Source: Candidatus Micrarchaeota archaeon
GTDB taxonomy: Archaea > Micrarchaeota > Micrarchaeia > Norongarragalinales > Norongarragalinaceae
Reading direction: 5' to 3'
Assembly (NCBI GenBank): GCA_016188965.1
Contig: JACPGT010000013.1
Location: 116,609 to 180,608, forward strand
Length of the DNA: 64,000 bases
Positions 54,234 through 64,000 of this stretch are shown here, piece by piece. The notes below the pieces were generated by a model. That model was not told the origin of the DNA and made no database searches. It saw only the letters and a program-made list of their open reading frames with translations. A program made the position numbers and the translations under genes. Position 1 is the stretch's first letter, and the number at the start of each line of letters is the position of its first letter.

Positions 54234-54446
54234 ATGCAGGTCGTGTTTGAAGCGGAAATTCGACAAGTGGGGACATCTCTCGGCGTACTGATTCCGGCCA
54301 AAATAGTCCGACAGAAGCACTGGAAAAAAGGGACGCGGGTATTCGTTACGTTTCTGGATATCGACGAAAAGGCCATAAAAAAAGGATTCGGAATGGGAAA
54401 AGGGATGAAGCCGTACCAGAAAGTAAAATGGAGCAAATGGGAATAA
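54234..54446 (+). CDS. vapB: AbrB/MazE-like antitoxin
   Basis: IRQVGTSLGVLIPAKIV; GAGGTGG SD; AT-rich promoter upstream. Confidence 0.85.
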   Translation: MQVVFEAEIRQVGTSLGVLIPAKIVRQKHWKKGTRVFVTFLDIDEKAIKKGFGMGKGMKPYQKVKWSKWE

Positions 54447-54447
54447 C

Positions 54448-54822
54448 ATGCTACTGGACTCTTCCGCGTGGATCGAATACTTCCTTGCAACGGCTAAGGG
54501 AAAAAAAATCCTCCAATGGCTGACCGGCGGTCCTGCCTACGCCAGCGCCATCAGCTATGCCGAAATCACCCGGTGGGCATTGCGGTCAGGGCAATCGCCG
54601 GAACCTTTCATCCACCAGATGGAAAAGGTCGCCCGCGTTCTGCCAATGGAAAAAAACACGCTGGTCGCGGCCGGATACATGACTGCCGATCGCAAAAAAA
54701 CCCATGAAAAGTGGGGCTTGGCGGATGGGATCATGTATGCTACAGCCCGAAAACATGGCCTCGAATTGCTGACCGTGGATCACGATTTCAAAGGCCTTGA
54801 AAACGCCATCATCATCGAGTAG
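54448..54822 (+). CDS. vapC: PIN-domain VapC toxin
   Basis: LLDSSAWIEY, SYAEI, LADGIMYATA, LTVDHDF. Confidence 0.92.
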   Translation: MLLDSSAWIEYFLATAKGKKILQWLTGGPAYASAISYAEITRWALRSGQSPEPFIHQMEKVARVLPMEKNTLVAAGYMTADRKKTHEKWGLADGIMYATARKHGLELLTVDHDFKGLENAIIIE

Positions 54823-54878
54823 GCGGACCCCCGCCCCCAAACCCTTAAAACCCCCTTTTGTCACTACTGACGGGTAGT

Positions 54879-55250
54879 ATGGGTTTTTTTGATTGGGCGT
54901 ATTCGGCGAAAGACGAGACGCTATGGCTTCTCGGCCTGCTCGTGGCCACTTTCGTCTTTCTAGGCATGGGTTCCGCCGGCTGGGGCACCGGAGCGTCGTT
55001 CAACGCCTGGGGCGCTTTTTTGGAAGTGTTCAAGGTCGTCATCGGCATCCAACTGGTCTTCGGATTCATCGCGTTGCTCTTGAGCCTGCTGCCGTTGGTG
55101 GTCGTCGTGCTCATCGGCCTTCTGGGCGCGTATTTGTTCAACCGCCTGGTCGGCTCCGTCAGCCTGACGGAAGGCATGGCGGCTCTGACGGGCGGCACGT
55201 CGTTGCAGAGCATCGTCGTGTTCGCCCTCATCGTGCTGCTGCTACTGTAA
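54879..55250 (+). CDS. Hydrophobic membrane protein
   Basis: About four TM segments; CCTTAAAA box about 30 nt upstream of the ATG. Confidence 0.75.
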   Translation: MGFFDWAYSAKDETLWLLGLLVATFVFLGMGSAGWGTGASFNAWGAFLEVFKVVIGIQLVFGFIALLLSLLPLVVVVLIGLLGAYLFNRLVGSVSLTEGMAALTGGTSLQSIVVFALIVLLLL

Positions 55251-55460
55251 AACGCAAACCGGCAACATCGCGACACGAAGGAAAAACCAAGAAAAAACTC
55301 ACGCACGGATGGCGGCGGCAGAGAAAGTCCGCCTCCGCAACAACCCTTAAAAACCTTCAACCCGTAAATCCATTCAGGCACGAATTTTTCGCCCGTTTTT
55401 GGTCCAGAGGCCTCCATTTGCGTCGGAAGGTTGCCGGGCCGGAAGAAAGGGAAAAACCAC

Positions 55461-57131
55461 ATGACGCCGAAAAAGCCGGAATCCGAACAGGAAGCACTCA
55501 TCAAAAGCCTGGCCAAGAAAACGGACGAGCACGAGTTCTACACGCCCATCCCCAAGAACTACCAATTTGGCAAGACCAAGTACGTGTTCGTGACCGGCTC
55601 CGTGATTTCCGGCGTGGGAAAAGGCATATTCTCCGCATCGTTATCCAAGCTCTTGAAGGACCAGGGCCTGCACGTGGAGGCCATGAAGTTCGACGGCTAC
55701 CTCAACGTGGATGCCGGCACCTTAAACCCCTACCGCCACGGCGAAGTGTTCGTGCTAGACGACGGCACGGAATGCGATATGGACCTCGGCACGTACGAGC
55801 GCTTCTTGGACCAGGACATCTCGAAAGACAACTATTTGACGGCCGGAAAACTCTTCTCGCAGATCATCGCCAAGGAACGCGCCGGCGAATACCTAGGCCG
55901 CGACGTGCAGTTCGTCCCGCACGTGACCGGCGAAATCAAGGCATTCATCCGCCATTTGGCGCTCAAGACTGAAGCGGACGTCGTCGTCATCGAAGTCGGC
56001 GGCACGGCGGGCGACATCGAATCGGCCTATTTCCTGGAAGCCCTGCGTGAACTGGCGTATGAAGAGGGCGCGGGCAACAGCTGCTTCGTCAACGTCACCT
56101 ACATCCTGAAGCCCTCCGCTTTGGGCGAACATAAGAGCAAGGCGGCACAACTGGGCATGCGCACGCTGATGAGCCTAGGAATCCAGCCGCAGCTGATCGT
56201 ATGCCGCTCGCGCGAGGCCATACCCGAGAAGATCCGTGAAAAACTATCCATCTTTTCCAACGTCCCCGTCGACCGCGTCATCGGTCTTGAGGATTTGCAA
56301 AGCATCTACCAGGTACCCTTGAAACTGAAGGAATGCAAAGCCGACGAAACGGTGTGCGACATCCTGCAACTCAAGGGCAAGCTCAAGGCGCAGGAAAAGG
56401 CGTTGGCGCTTTGGGAAGAATTCGAAAAGAAGATGCACGAAGCGAAGAAGGAAGTTCACGTGGCCATCACCGGCAAATACACCGGCTTGCATGACGCGTA
56501 CGCGTCCATCCTCAACGCCTTGGAGCACGCCGGCGAAGCGAATCGCGCGCACGTCAACGTGCACTGGGTAGACACCACCAAAATCGAGACGCTGAAAGAA
56601 GCTTCCGAGGCGCTCAAGGGCATGGATGGCGTCATCGTGCCCGGCGGATTCGGCGCCCGCGGAGTGGAAGGCAAAATCCTCTGCGTCCAACACTGCCGCG
56701 AAAACTCCGTGCCGTACTTCGGCTTGTGTTATGGATTCCAGATGGCCGTCATCGAATTCGCGCGCAACGTCTGCAGCATCAAGGGCGCGCACACGACGGA
56801 AGTCGAGCCGGAATGCAAGGACGACGTCATCGACATCCTGCCGGAACAGAAGGAAAAGGAAGGACTTGGCGGCAACATGCGCCTCGGCGGGCACAAAGTC
56901 GAGATCAAGAAGGGGACGCTGGCCGAGAAATTGTACGGCGATTCGTCGGCGCACGAGCGCTTCCGCCACCGCTACGAATGCAACCCAAAGTACATCGACG
57001 TCTTGGAAAAAGCCGGCCTCGTGTTTTCCGGCAAAGCGCCGCACCACCCCATCATGCAGATTCTGGAGCTTCCCGAATCCAAACACCCGTTCTTCGTGGG
57101 GGTTCAGTTCCACCCCGAATTCACCTCCCGC
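55461..57131 (+). CDS. pyrG: CTP synthase lacking its normal last ~20 residues and stop (frame stays open to 57890)
   Basis: TKYVFVTGSVISGVGKG, DGYLNVDAGT, HGEVFV, GLCYG, ERFRHRYE, QFHPEFTSR; similarity ends abruptly there. Confidence 0.95.
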
Positions 57132-57132
57132 C

Positions 57133-57813
57133 GGCATCGGCGCCGCTTGCGCCAAGGCGTTCGCCGACAAAGGGGCGCGCGTGGTCATCCACTACAAGTC
57201 GGCCAAGACCAAAAAAGAAGCCGAAAAAATCGCCAAACAGTGCAGGGCCGAACGGTGCGTGCAAGCCGACGTCGAGTCGTTGGACGAATGCAAGAAGCTC
57301 ATCGACGCCGTGGTGAAGAAATGCGGCCGCATCGACGTCTTGGTGAACAACGCCGGAATGAACACGCCTACACCCGTCGGCAAGACGGACGCGGCCACGT
57401 GGGAAAAAATCGTCAACACCAACCTCCGCGCTCCCTTCTTCCTCGTCCAGTACGCGTTGCCACACCTGCCCGCCGGCTCGGCCATCGTCAACCTAGCATC
57501 CATCCGCAGCTTCCGCACCCGGCCCAGCGTCGCTGTGTACTCGCTGACCAAAGCCGGCGTCAAGTCGCTGACGGAGACGATGGCCAACGAACTGGCGCCC
57601 GGCATCCGGGTGAACGCCATCGCGCCAGGCTACGTCGACACCGACATGTTGCGTGCTTTTCCACCGGAAAAAATCGAACAATTCCGACAAAGCGCGGCAC
57701 TGAAGCGGATCATCCGACCCGACGAAATCGCCCACGCAGCCGTCTTTTTGGCCGAGAACGACGCCGTCACCGGCCACACCCTTGTCGTGGACGGCGGCTA
57801 TTTGATCCAATGA
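57133..57813 (+). pseudogene. FabG-like short-chain dehydrogenase lacking its start and first beta-strand
   Basis: GIGAACAKAF, IDVLVNNAG, YSLTK, IRVNAIAPG, VTGHTLVVDGG; no TGxx before GIG and no plausible nearby start codon. Confidence 0.85.
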
Positions 57814-57891
57814 CTCGCTGGGGGCCAAAAACAAAAACTCACCGGCCAGTTCGTCCAACGATTTTTATCCCGCATTCGGCACCGCTGTAGC

Positions 57892-58680
57892 ATGCTCATC
57901 GTACGACAATACTATTCGGCCGACTTCGTGCCGGTGCTGCAAGCCGAAGGATGCGACATCGTGCTTTCCAATGGCGCGACCGTGAACCTGGCATTGTCCA
58001 CAGACGTTTACTGCTTAGGCTACACGCAGCAAGGCGCGCGCCATGACTGTCCGAAAAAAGCGACGGGCAAAAAGCAATGCGCGACGTGCGCCAAGGAAGA
58101 TGATTTCCTATCGTGCCTGCGGTGCGACGGCGCCACGTGCCTACAGTTCACGCCGCAATGGAAGGAGGATTGCTTCGGCAAGGATTATACCGTGTACCTG
58201 GCCAGTTTCGGCGACAAAGTCAAAGCGGGCGTGACCCAGACTGCGCGCGTGCGCAAACGGTGGGTCGAACAGGGCGCCGATTATGCCGTGCGCGTCTTTT
58301 CCGGCCTCAACGGCCAACAAGCCCGCGTCATCGAATCCGCTTTGGTGCGTTCCGGTTACATCGGGCGGCACACCACGGCGGAAAAACTTCAGTTGCCGAC
58401 GCCGGTGGAATCCGCCATCCAAGACGAGTTGGAAAGCGATTCAATCCGCCGAGTCACGAAGTTGTTCCAGAAGAACGCTTTGGAGCCGAAAATCGAGAGC
58501 ATGCAAAGCCACTACCCGGCTATTACCACGGCAAAAAGCACGGATTACCTCAACGGCACGGTGTTGGGGGCCAAAGGACCCGTGCTGTTTTTGGAGCAGA
58601 ACGGCGCCGACCGCGTCTTCGGCCTGCCGAACGCCGTGGGCCGCAAGGTCCTGACGCACACGTTGTCCGCATTTGCCTGA
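57892..58680 (+). CDS. DUF2797-domain Cys-rich protein
   Basis: C...CP...QCATC...CLRC...C, VYLA...KAGVT...RWVEQGA. Confidence 0.8.
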   Translation: MLIVRQYYSADFVPVLQAEGCDIVLSNGATVNLALSTDVYCLGYTQQGARHDCPKKATGKKQCATCAKEDDFLSCLRCDGATCLQFTPQWKEDCFGKDYTVYLASFGDKVKAGVTQTARVRKRWVEQGADYAVRVFSGLNGQQARVIESALVRSGYIGRHTTAEKLQLPTPVESAIQDELESDSIRRVTKLFQKNALEPKIESMQSHYPAITTAKSTDYLNGTVLGAKGPVLFLEQNGADRVFGLPNAVGRKVLTHTLSAFA

Positions 58681-58919
58681 TTTCCTGGAAAAAAGGGCGC
58701 AACGCGACGGCTCTGTTGAAAGAGTCAAAGAAGCAACGGATGATGCCATGGCGGAAGGCAACTGGAAAACGAAAGCAACGACAAATTCCTTCGGCAACTG
58801 CAAACGCCTTTCATTTATTTTGTTTCAAACCAAAACGCTTTTTTTCCTCTTTTTCCGATTTTCAACAAGACCCAACGCAGCGCGGGATTTATTAATTTGG
58901 CACCGCCTACAGCACAGTG

Positions 58920-59399
58920 ATGAACGTCTTGATCGTGTATGAAGGCGCAGCCGTGAAACCGTTGGCCGACGCCATCGCGCAAGGCGCGCAGGAATTGAAT
59001 GCGACGGTGGCCGTCAAGACCGCAGCGGAAAAACCGCCGTGGGCAGGTTGCGACTTCGTCTTCGCCGGCGGGATGCTGGATAAAGGATTCTCCGTCCAGA
59101 AATACCTGGAAACAAAAGACGTCTCCAAGACCAAGTTGGCGCTTTTCTGCGTAAAGAAAGGCGCCGGCAACCTCGACTTGGCCGTCCAGACGCTGCAGCA
59201 GAAAGGGGCGCAAGTGGAGAGGAACACCTTTTCCGCCCAACTGCAGGGACCTCTGTCCTTCGTCGGCGTGGGCAAGCTGAAGGATGCCGACTTGATTCGT
59301 GCCCGCGGATTCGGCGAACGCACGCTGAACGTGGCATTCAGCTTGGGCATCGCGAAGGATACGGAAAAAGCCGACAAAATCAAGGGCTACGTCAAATAA
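58920..59399 (+). CDS. Degenerate flavodoxin-fold protein
   Basis: MNVLIVY...LADAIAQGA, DFVFAG, KLALFC, RARGFG; lacks the SxTGNT loop. Confidence 0.65.
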   Translation: MNVLIVYEGAAVKPLADAIAQGAQELNATVAVKTAAEKPPWAGCDFVFAGGMLDKGFSVQKYLETKDVSKTKLALFCVKKGAGNLDLAVQTLQQKGAQVERNTFSAQLQGPLSFVGVGKLKDADLIRARGFGERTLNVAFSLGIAKDTEKADKIKGYVK

Positions 59400-59499
59400 A
59401 CGAAAAAAAGAAGAATCCTTCAAAAAAAGCAGTGGCGAAATCCGAAAAAAGGACGGGATCGTTGCACAAGTCGCCTTTTTGCAAAGCGTTGACTTCTTT

Positions 59500-60069
59500 T
59501 CAAAGCGTCCGGATGGTGGGCAAAAGCCGTCCTTCCAAGGCATGCCGCTCAACGCGCAGGTTCAACTCGTGGAACTTGCGAGTGAGGTACTTGCGCACGC
59601 GGAACTCCCACTCCGGATGGATGCTGAACACGCCGTTGTCCGACAGCTTGACCAAGCAGATGTTGAGGCGGCCTTCGTGGTCCTTGTACTCGGTGAAGCG
59701 TTTGGCGTTCTGGTGGAAGAATTTCTGCACCTGTTCCTCGGAAAAGAGGCTCTTGGAATCCGACGCGCCGGGAAAAAAGGAGAAAGGCGCCAAAAGCGCG
59801 TTACCGGCCTGTTGCGCCAGGATGGCGCTTTCCGCCGCTTCGTCCATGTGACGCAGGCGGCCGAGGGCCGACGTCTTGAGCGAATCGACCAATGCGTCCA
59901 GTTCCTTAGAGTCACGCTTGCCGGCCACCGCGCCCTGCACGTACACGTAGACGTCTTCCGGCGTCTCGGGCCCGTTGACCAGGCAGTACAACGCCAACAG
60001 GTGCAGCTTGGAGATGCGGCTCCAGCGGTAGGCGTCGTCCAACAGGTTCAGCAGTTCTTTCTGAAGCAT
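59500..60069 (-). CDS. Hypothetical protein
   Basis: 189-aa ORF from MLQKELL with host-like codon usage; no family recognised. Confidence 0.7.
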   Translation of the reverse strand: MLQKELLNLLDDAYRWSRISKLHLLALYCLVNGPETPEDVYVYVQGAVAGKRDSKELDALVDSLKTSALGRLRHMDEAAESAILAQQAGNALLAPFSFFPGASDSKSLFSEEQVQKFFHQNAKRFTEYKDHEGRLNICLVKLSDNGVFSIHPEWEFRVRKYLTRKFHELNLRVERHALEGRLLPTIRTL

Positions 60070-60230
60070 GGGGAGTGAACCGCAGATACAACGTGGCGAT
60101 GTAATATTAGGCTTGGGAAACAGTGGCGGCGAAAAAAGCCGAAGACTCAAAAGGAAGCGAAGGCAAACCCCCCAAAAAGAAAAGCTAGGCGCCCCAAAAG
60201 AAAAGCAGAGTGCGCGCGAATCGGAGGGAA

Positions 60231-61730
60231 TCACTCATACCGAATCGTCGCCGGCGGCTTCTGAGAAATATCGTAAAAGACCCTATTGACGCCTTCGACT
60301 TCGCCCAGAATGCGCGAAGCGACTTTCTGCAAGAGCTCCGGCGGCAGACGAACCCAGTCCGCCGTCATCACGTCCTTGCTCTCGACCGCCCGCAGCACGA
60401 TGGGGTATTCATACGAGCGTTCGTCGCCCTTGACGCCGACGGTGCGCACCGGCAGGATGGCGGCGAAAGCCTCGAACATCCTGTCGTACCATCCGGCTTT
60501 CCGCAATTCGTCGATGAAAATGTAATCCGCCTCGCGTACGGCGTGCAACTTGTCCGGCGTGACTTCCCCGACGACGTTGATGGCCAAACCAGGACCGGGG
60601 AACGGGTGGCGCTTGAGGATGGCCTCCGGCACGCCCAATTGTTTTCCAAGTTGGCGGACTTCGTCCTTGTACAATTCGGCCAAAGGCTCCAACACCTTCC
60701 ACTTCATCTTCTCCGGCAGAGTCAGGTTGTGGTGGCTCTTGATCTTGGACGTGGCCTTGCCGCCGGCGGCCGCGCTTTCCACGCGGTCAGAAAAAATGGT
60801 GCCCTGCGCCAAGTATCCGACGTCGGGGACGCTCTGCGCCGCCTTTTCGAACGTTTCGACAAAGAGGTGGCCGATGATCTTGCGCTTCTTCTCCGGATCG
60901 CTCACGCCCTTGAGCGCGTACAGGAATTCCTTGGACGCATCGACAAAGACGAAGTGGTCGAAGTCGTTGAAGAATTCCTGGATTTCTCGAGTCTCGTTCT
61001 TGCGCATCAGGCCGGTGTCAACGTAAATGGGAAACAATTTTTTGCCGACGGCTTGCCGCAGCAGGAAGGCCGCGACGGTAGAGTCCACGCCGCCGGACAC
61101 GCCGATGACGACGTTCTGCGAACCCACGCGCTGGCGCATCTCGGCGATGAGCGCGTCCTTCGAAAACGTGCCGGGCGTTTTTTTGGCTTTGCAGATGGTA
61201 AACGCGAAGTTCTGAAGCACCGCGTTGCCGCAGGGCGTGTGGTGCACTTCCGGGTGGAACTGAAGGCCATAAATCGAACCCTTGGCGTAGGCCGCGATCG
61301 AGTCGCCGCTTTTGGCCAGGACTTCAAAGCCGGAGGGAAGCACCAACACGCTGTCACCGTGCGAATACCACACTTTTTCTTTAGGATGCAATCCGTCCAG
61401 CACGCCTTCGGCCTTGACCACGTCCAGTTCGCGTTCGCCGTACTCACGCGTGGCGCGCTCGACTTTCCCGCCGAAATGGTTCGCGATGAATTGGTGGCCA
61501 TAGCAGAGGCCGAGGATGGGAATGCCCAGGTCGAAGACCTTCGAATCGGGCCGGGGCGCGTTCGAAGCATAGACGCTGGACGGACCTCCCGAAAAGACAA
61601 TGCCCTGCACGCCGGCAATCTCGGCCGCTGGCACGTCGTGGGCAAAGAGGCGGACCGGCACGTGCAAGTCGCGCAGGCGCCGCGCGATCAAGTGCGTGTA
61701 TTGACCTCCGAAGTCCAGTACGGCAATCAT
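60231..61730 (-). CDS. guaA: GMP synthase (fused GATase + ATP pyrophosphatase)
   Basis: LDFGGQY, GLCYG, QFHPEV, SGGVDS, IKSHHN, HPFPGPGL, KPPATIRYE. Confidence 0.98.
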   Translation of the reverse strand: MIAVLDFGGQYTHLIARRLRDLHVPVRLFAHDVPAAEIAGVQGIVFSGGPSSVYASNAPRPDSKVFDLGIPILGLCYGHQFIANHFGGKVERATREYGERELDVVKAEGVLDGLHPKEKVWYSHGDSVLVLPSGFEVLAKSGDSIAAYAKGSIYGLQFHPEVHHTPCGNAVLQNFAFTICKAKKTPGTFSKDALIAEMRQRVGSQNVVIGVSGGVDSTVAAFLLRQAVGKKLFPIYVDTGLMRKNETREIQEFFNDFDHFVFVDASKEFLYALKGVSDPEKKRKIIGHLFVETFEKAAQSVPDVGYLAQGTIFSDRVESAAAGGKATSKIKSHHNLTLPEKMKWKVLEPLAELYKDEVRQLGKQLGVPEAILKRHPFPGPGLAINVVGEVTPDKLHAVREADYIFIDELRKAGWYDRMFEAFAAILPVRTVGVKGDERSYEYPIVLRAVESKDVMTADWVRLPPELLQKVASRILGEVEGVNRVFYDISQKPPATIRYE

Positions 61731-61747
61731 GAAAGCATTCCTTCGGG

Positions 61748-62836
61748 CTATCGCTTAGCGTAGTTGGCCGTGTCGTCAAAGTCCATCAACGAATGCGGGT
61801 GGCTCTCGGTGAAACCCGACGACGTGATGCGCACGAAACGCGCTTTCTTTTGGAATTCGTCAAGATTCTTGGCGCCGACATACACCATGGCCTTGCGCAA
61901 GCCGCCTTCGAACTGCGTGATGACGTCCTCGACCGAGCCGCGGTACTTCGTCAAACCGGAGACGCCTTCCGGAACATGGCTTTTCTTGAACGCGTCATAC
62001 CGGTTGGCATGGTTGGCCTTAAGCGATTCGACCGAACCCATGCCTCGATATTTTTTGTATTTCTGTCCGTCGACCTCGACCAATTCACCCGGCGACTCGT
62101 CGCAACCGGCGAAGATATTGCCCATCATGCCGCACGACGCACCGGCGGCAATGGCTTTGGCCAAATCGCCGGAGTACTTGATGCCTCCGTCGGCGATGAC
62201 GGGAACCTTGTGTTGGGAAGCAACGTCGGCCACTTCGCTCACGGCCGTCAATTGCGGGACACCAATCCCAGTAACTACCCTCGTGACACATATACTACCG
62301 GGCCCAAGACCAGTTCGGAGTCCGTCGGCTCCAGCCGAAATCATCTGCTCGGCCGCTTCGCGGGATACGATGTTGCCAGCCACCACGTCGGCACCCATCT
62401 TCTTGTACCGCTTGACAGCCTCGATGACGCTTTTACGGAAGCCATGCGCCGTGTCGATGACCAAAAAGTCGACTTCCTTGGCCAACAAGGCCGAGACGCG
62501 TTCGTCGTCCTGCGGTCCCACGGCGGCGCCCACAGGCAGTTCTTGGGCCTTGACGTAAGCCACGTGCTCGACTTGCTTGGCAACCGGGATGTTGTAGTGA
62601 ATCACACCGATTGCTCCCCGTTTGGCCATGGCAACCGCCAATTTACCCTCGGTGACGGTGTCCATGGGCGAAGAAACGATGGGGACCTGGATCTTGAGGT
62701 TGCGCGTAATATGGGTGGACACATCGATGTCGGCGATGGCGACTTCCGAGTAGCCGGGTTGCAGAAGGACGTCGTCAAACGTGATGGCTTCCGGCGCGTC
62801 GGTCAGCTTCTTGGTAAATCCAGTCGATCCGGCCAT
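61748..62836 (-). CDS. guaB: IMP dehydrogenase without CBS domains
   Basis: TFDDVLL.P, SSPMDTVT, IDTAHG, GPGSICVTR, IADGG, YRGMGS, PEGVSG; 362 aa. Confidence 0.96.
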   Translation of the reverse strand: MAGSTGFTKKLTDAPEAITFDDVLLQPGYSEVAIADIDVSTHITRNLKIQVPIVSSPMDTVTEGKLAVAMAKRGAIGVIHYNIPVAKQVEHVAYVKAQELPVGAAVGPQDDERVSALLAKEVDFLVIDTAHGFRKSVIEAVKRYKKMGADVVAGNIVSREAAEQMISAGADGLRTGLGPGSICVTRVVTGIGVPQLTAVSEVADVASQHKVPVIADGGIKYSGDLAKAIAAGASCGMMGNIFAGCDESPGELVEVDGQKYKKYRGMGSVESLKANHANRYDAFKKSHVPEGVSGLTKYRGSVEDVITQFEGGLRKAMVYVGAKNLDEFQKKARFVRITSSGFTESHPHSLMDFDDTANYAKR

Positions 62837-63023
62837 GTAAACCACTCGCGATGTTCTTGAAAAAAACCGTCCGGGCTGGAGGGGAAAAAAAGTTCAAGCA
62901 CGCAAAAGTGCTTTCTTTTTTAATTGGTCGAATCAGGTTAAAAAGGGTTGCGAGGGCATGGTTCTGTTCAGTTAACGGTTGGTCGGAAGTGCCGTTCGGT
63001 TGGTGTTCAAAACGGTTGGCGCA

Positions 63024-63371
63024 ATGGAACCTCAAAACAAACAGCCAAATGCAGACAAAACGGGCATTAAAAGACCGGAACCTAACTACCTAATGGATAA
63101 AGTTTGGGCGAATTTAACAACAACTTTATTCCTTTTTGTAGTGGCGCTAAGCCTAATCGTACCCCTATTCTTTCATAACTTTGTTGGAAACTATTTTTCT
63201 GACCTGCTTTCAGTTTTAAAACTAGTTTACGATTTGGCCGCAACCACCAACTTCGCCCCGATTCAAAGGGCATTAGCCTTAGCCCTTTTCGCAATAATCT
63301 ACCTTTTCTCGGACAAGACCAGAGCCTACGAGCCAATGCAAAAGTTTGCACAAAAATACATGGGGCTCTAA
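63024..63371 (+). CDS. AT-rich hypothetical membrane protein
   Basis: Two hydrophobic segments; codon usage differs from the flanking core genes. Confidence 0.55.
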   Translation: MEPQNKQPNADKTGIKRPEPNYLMDKVWANLTTTLFLFVVALSLIVPLFFHNFVGNYFSDLLSVLKLVYDLAATTNFAPIQRALALALFAIIYLFSDKTRAYEPMQKFAQKYMGL

Positions 63372-63812
63372 ATGAACGGCTTTGAAAGCGATAAAATAGT
63401 AAACGCAATTGACGAGGGTTCAATAGACCAGTTGTTGTTAGGGGCAACATTGGCCGCAGGCGCTTTACTGCTCGGATTCAAAGAATACTTCAAAGACAAC
63501 CTACAAGCCACAGTAATATTCTATCTAATTTTAGCACTCCTACTGATATTCGTAGTACGCGCCACCGGAATTCTATTCAAGCGACCCTTATTGAAAAACT
63601 TGTCAAAGTTTTTGTTCTCGATACTATTGTTCTTTTTCTGGCTTGTGGCAATTTACTTCACTATTGCCGCAGTCATCACTCCGGCCATTTTTTCGCTACT
63701 CAACGCAATCTACCTCAAGGGCATAGCCGTCCTGATTCAACCCTATTTCGCCATCGTGCAAGAACTCATCGCATTTTATATTTTTATGAAACTTGAAGAA
63801 CTCACACAGTAG
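63372..63812 (+). CDS. AT-rich multi-TM hypothetical protein
   Basis: About four TM segments; abuts the previous ORF. Confidence 0.6.
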   Translation: MNGFESDKIVNAIDEGSIDQLLLGATLAAGALLLGFKEYFKDNLQATVIFYLILALLLIFVVRATGILFKRPLLKNLSKFLFSILLFFFWLVAIYFTIAAVITPAIFSLLNAIYLKGIAVLIQPYFAIVQELIAFYIFMKLEELTQ

Positions 63813-63820
63813 CCGCAAGA

Positions 63821-64000
63821 CTAGCGTTGAACGTTTCCCCAGCATTTTTGTTCGAATCGGCATCCGGCGCATTTTCGCTTGTTCGTGACTTTTTCAGTTA
63901 AATCTCTAACCGTGAGGCACTTGTGCATTGCAAGAAGCTTTCCCTCAATAACGCGGTCAATTTCTTTCGTATAGGGTCGTCGCCAAAAAATCTCTCCCGT
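63821..64000 (-). CDS. C-terminus of a Cas4/AddB-like Fe-S nuclease (partial)
   Basis: Translated by hand: ...EKVTNKRKCAGCRFEQKCWGNVQR*, a CxxCx5C motif. Confidence 0.55.
   Translation of the reverse strand, partial: TGEIFWRRPYTKEIDRVIEGKLLAMHKCLTVRDLTEKVTNKRKCAGCRFEQKCWGNVQR

Noticed and set aside
56626-57132. N-terminal part of the 395-aa SDR ORF
   Set aside because: Off-frame reading of pyrG; SDR similarity starts only at 57133.
55431-57890. 819-aa PyrG with a novel C-terminal domain
   Set aside because: The extension is the off-frame reading of the SDR gene (Arg/His-rich nonsense).
1-64000. Integrase, transposase, reverse transcriptase/DGR, rRNA or provirus genes
   Set aside because: No supporting motifs seen in any frame.

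Overview
GC-rich archaeal DNA, most consistent with a DPANN archaeon. Ca. Micrarchaeota-like is my inference from the S-layer type, the giant Ig-like surface proteins, TATA-type promoters and a BHB tRNA intron. Layout: (i) 1-5 kb, toxin-antitoxin/defence modules around a GT4 glycosyltransferase whose 3' end recurs as two decayed copies; (ii) 5-10 kb, orphan or degenerate enzymes (FHA + pseudo-GH26, LMW-PTP, GT2); (iii) 10-50.5 kb, a cell-surface locus with two His/Pro low-complexity paralogues, three paralogous giant membrane-anchored proteins (3349, 2025 and 1804 aa), a Cys-rich secreted protein, an FKBP PPIase, a lipoprotein, the S-layer gene and, divergently, five small membrane proteins of which four share an unrecognised motif; (iv) 50.9-63 kb, housekeeping genes (intron-containing tRNA-Asn, gatCAB, vapBC, pyrG joined abruptly to a headless SDR, DUF2797, guaA, guaB); (v) an AT-richer end with the tail of a Cas4-like gene. 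The best candidate for an undescribed system is the surface locus, possibly a host-contact apparatus. All family calls come from motif recognition by eye; no searches were run.
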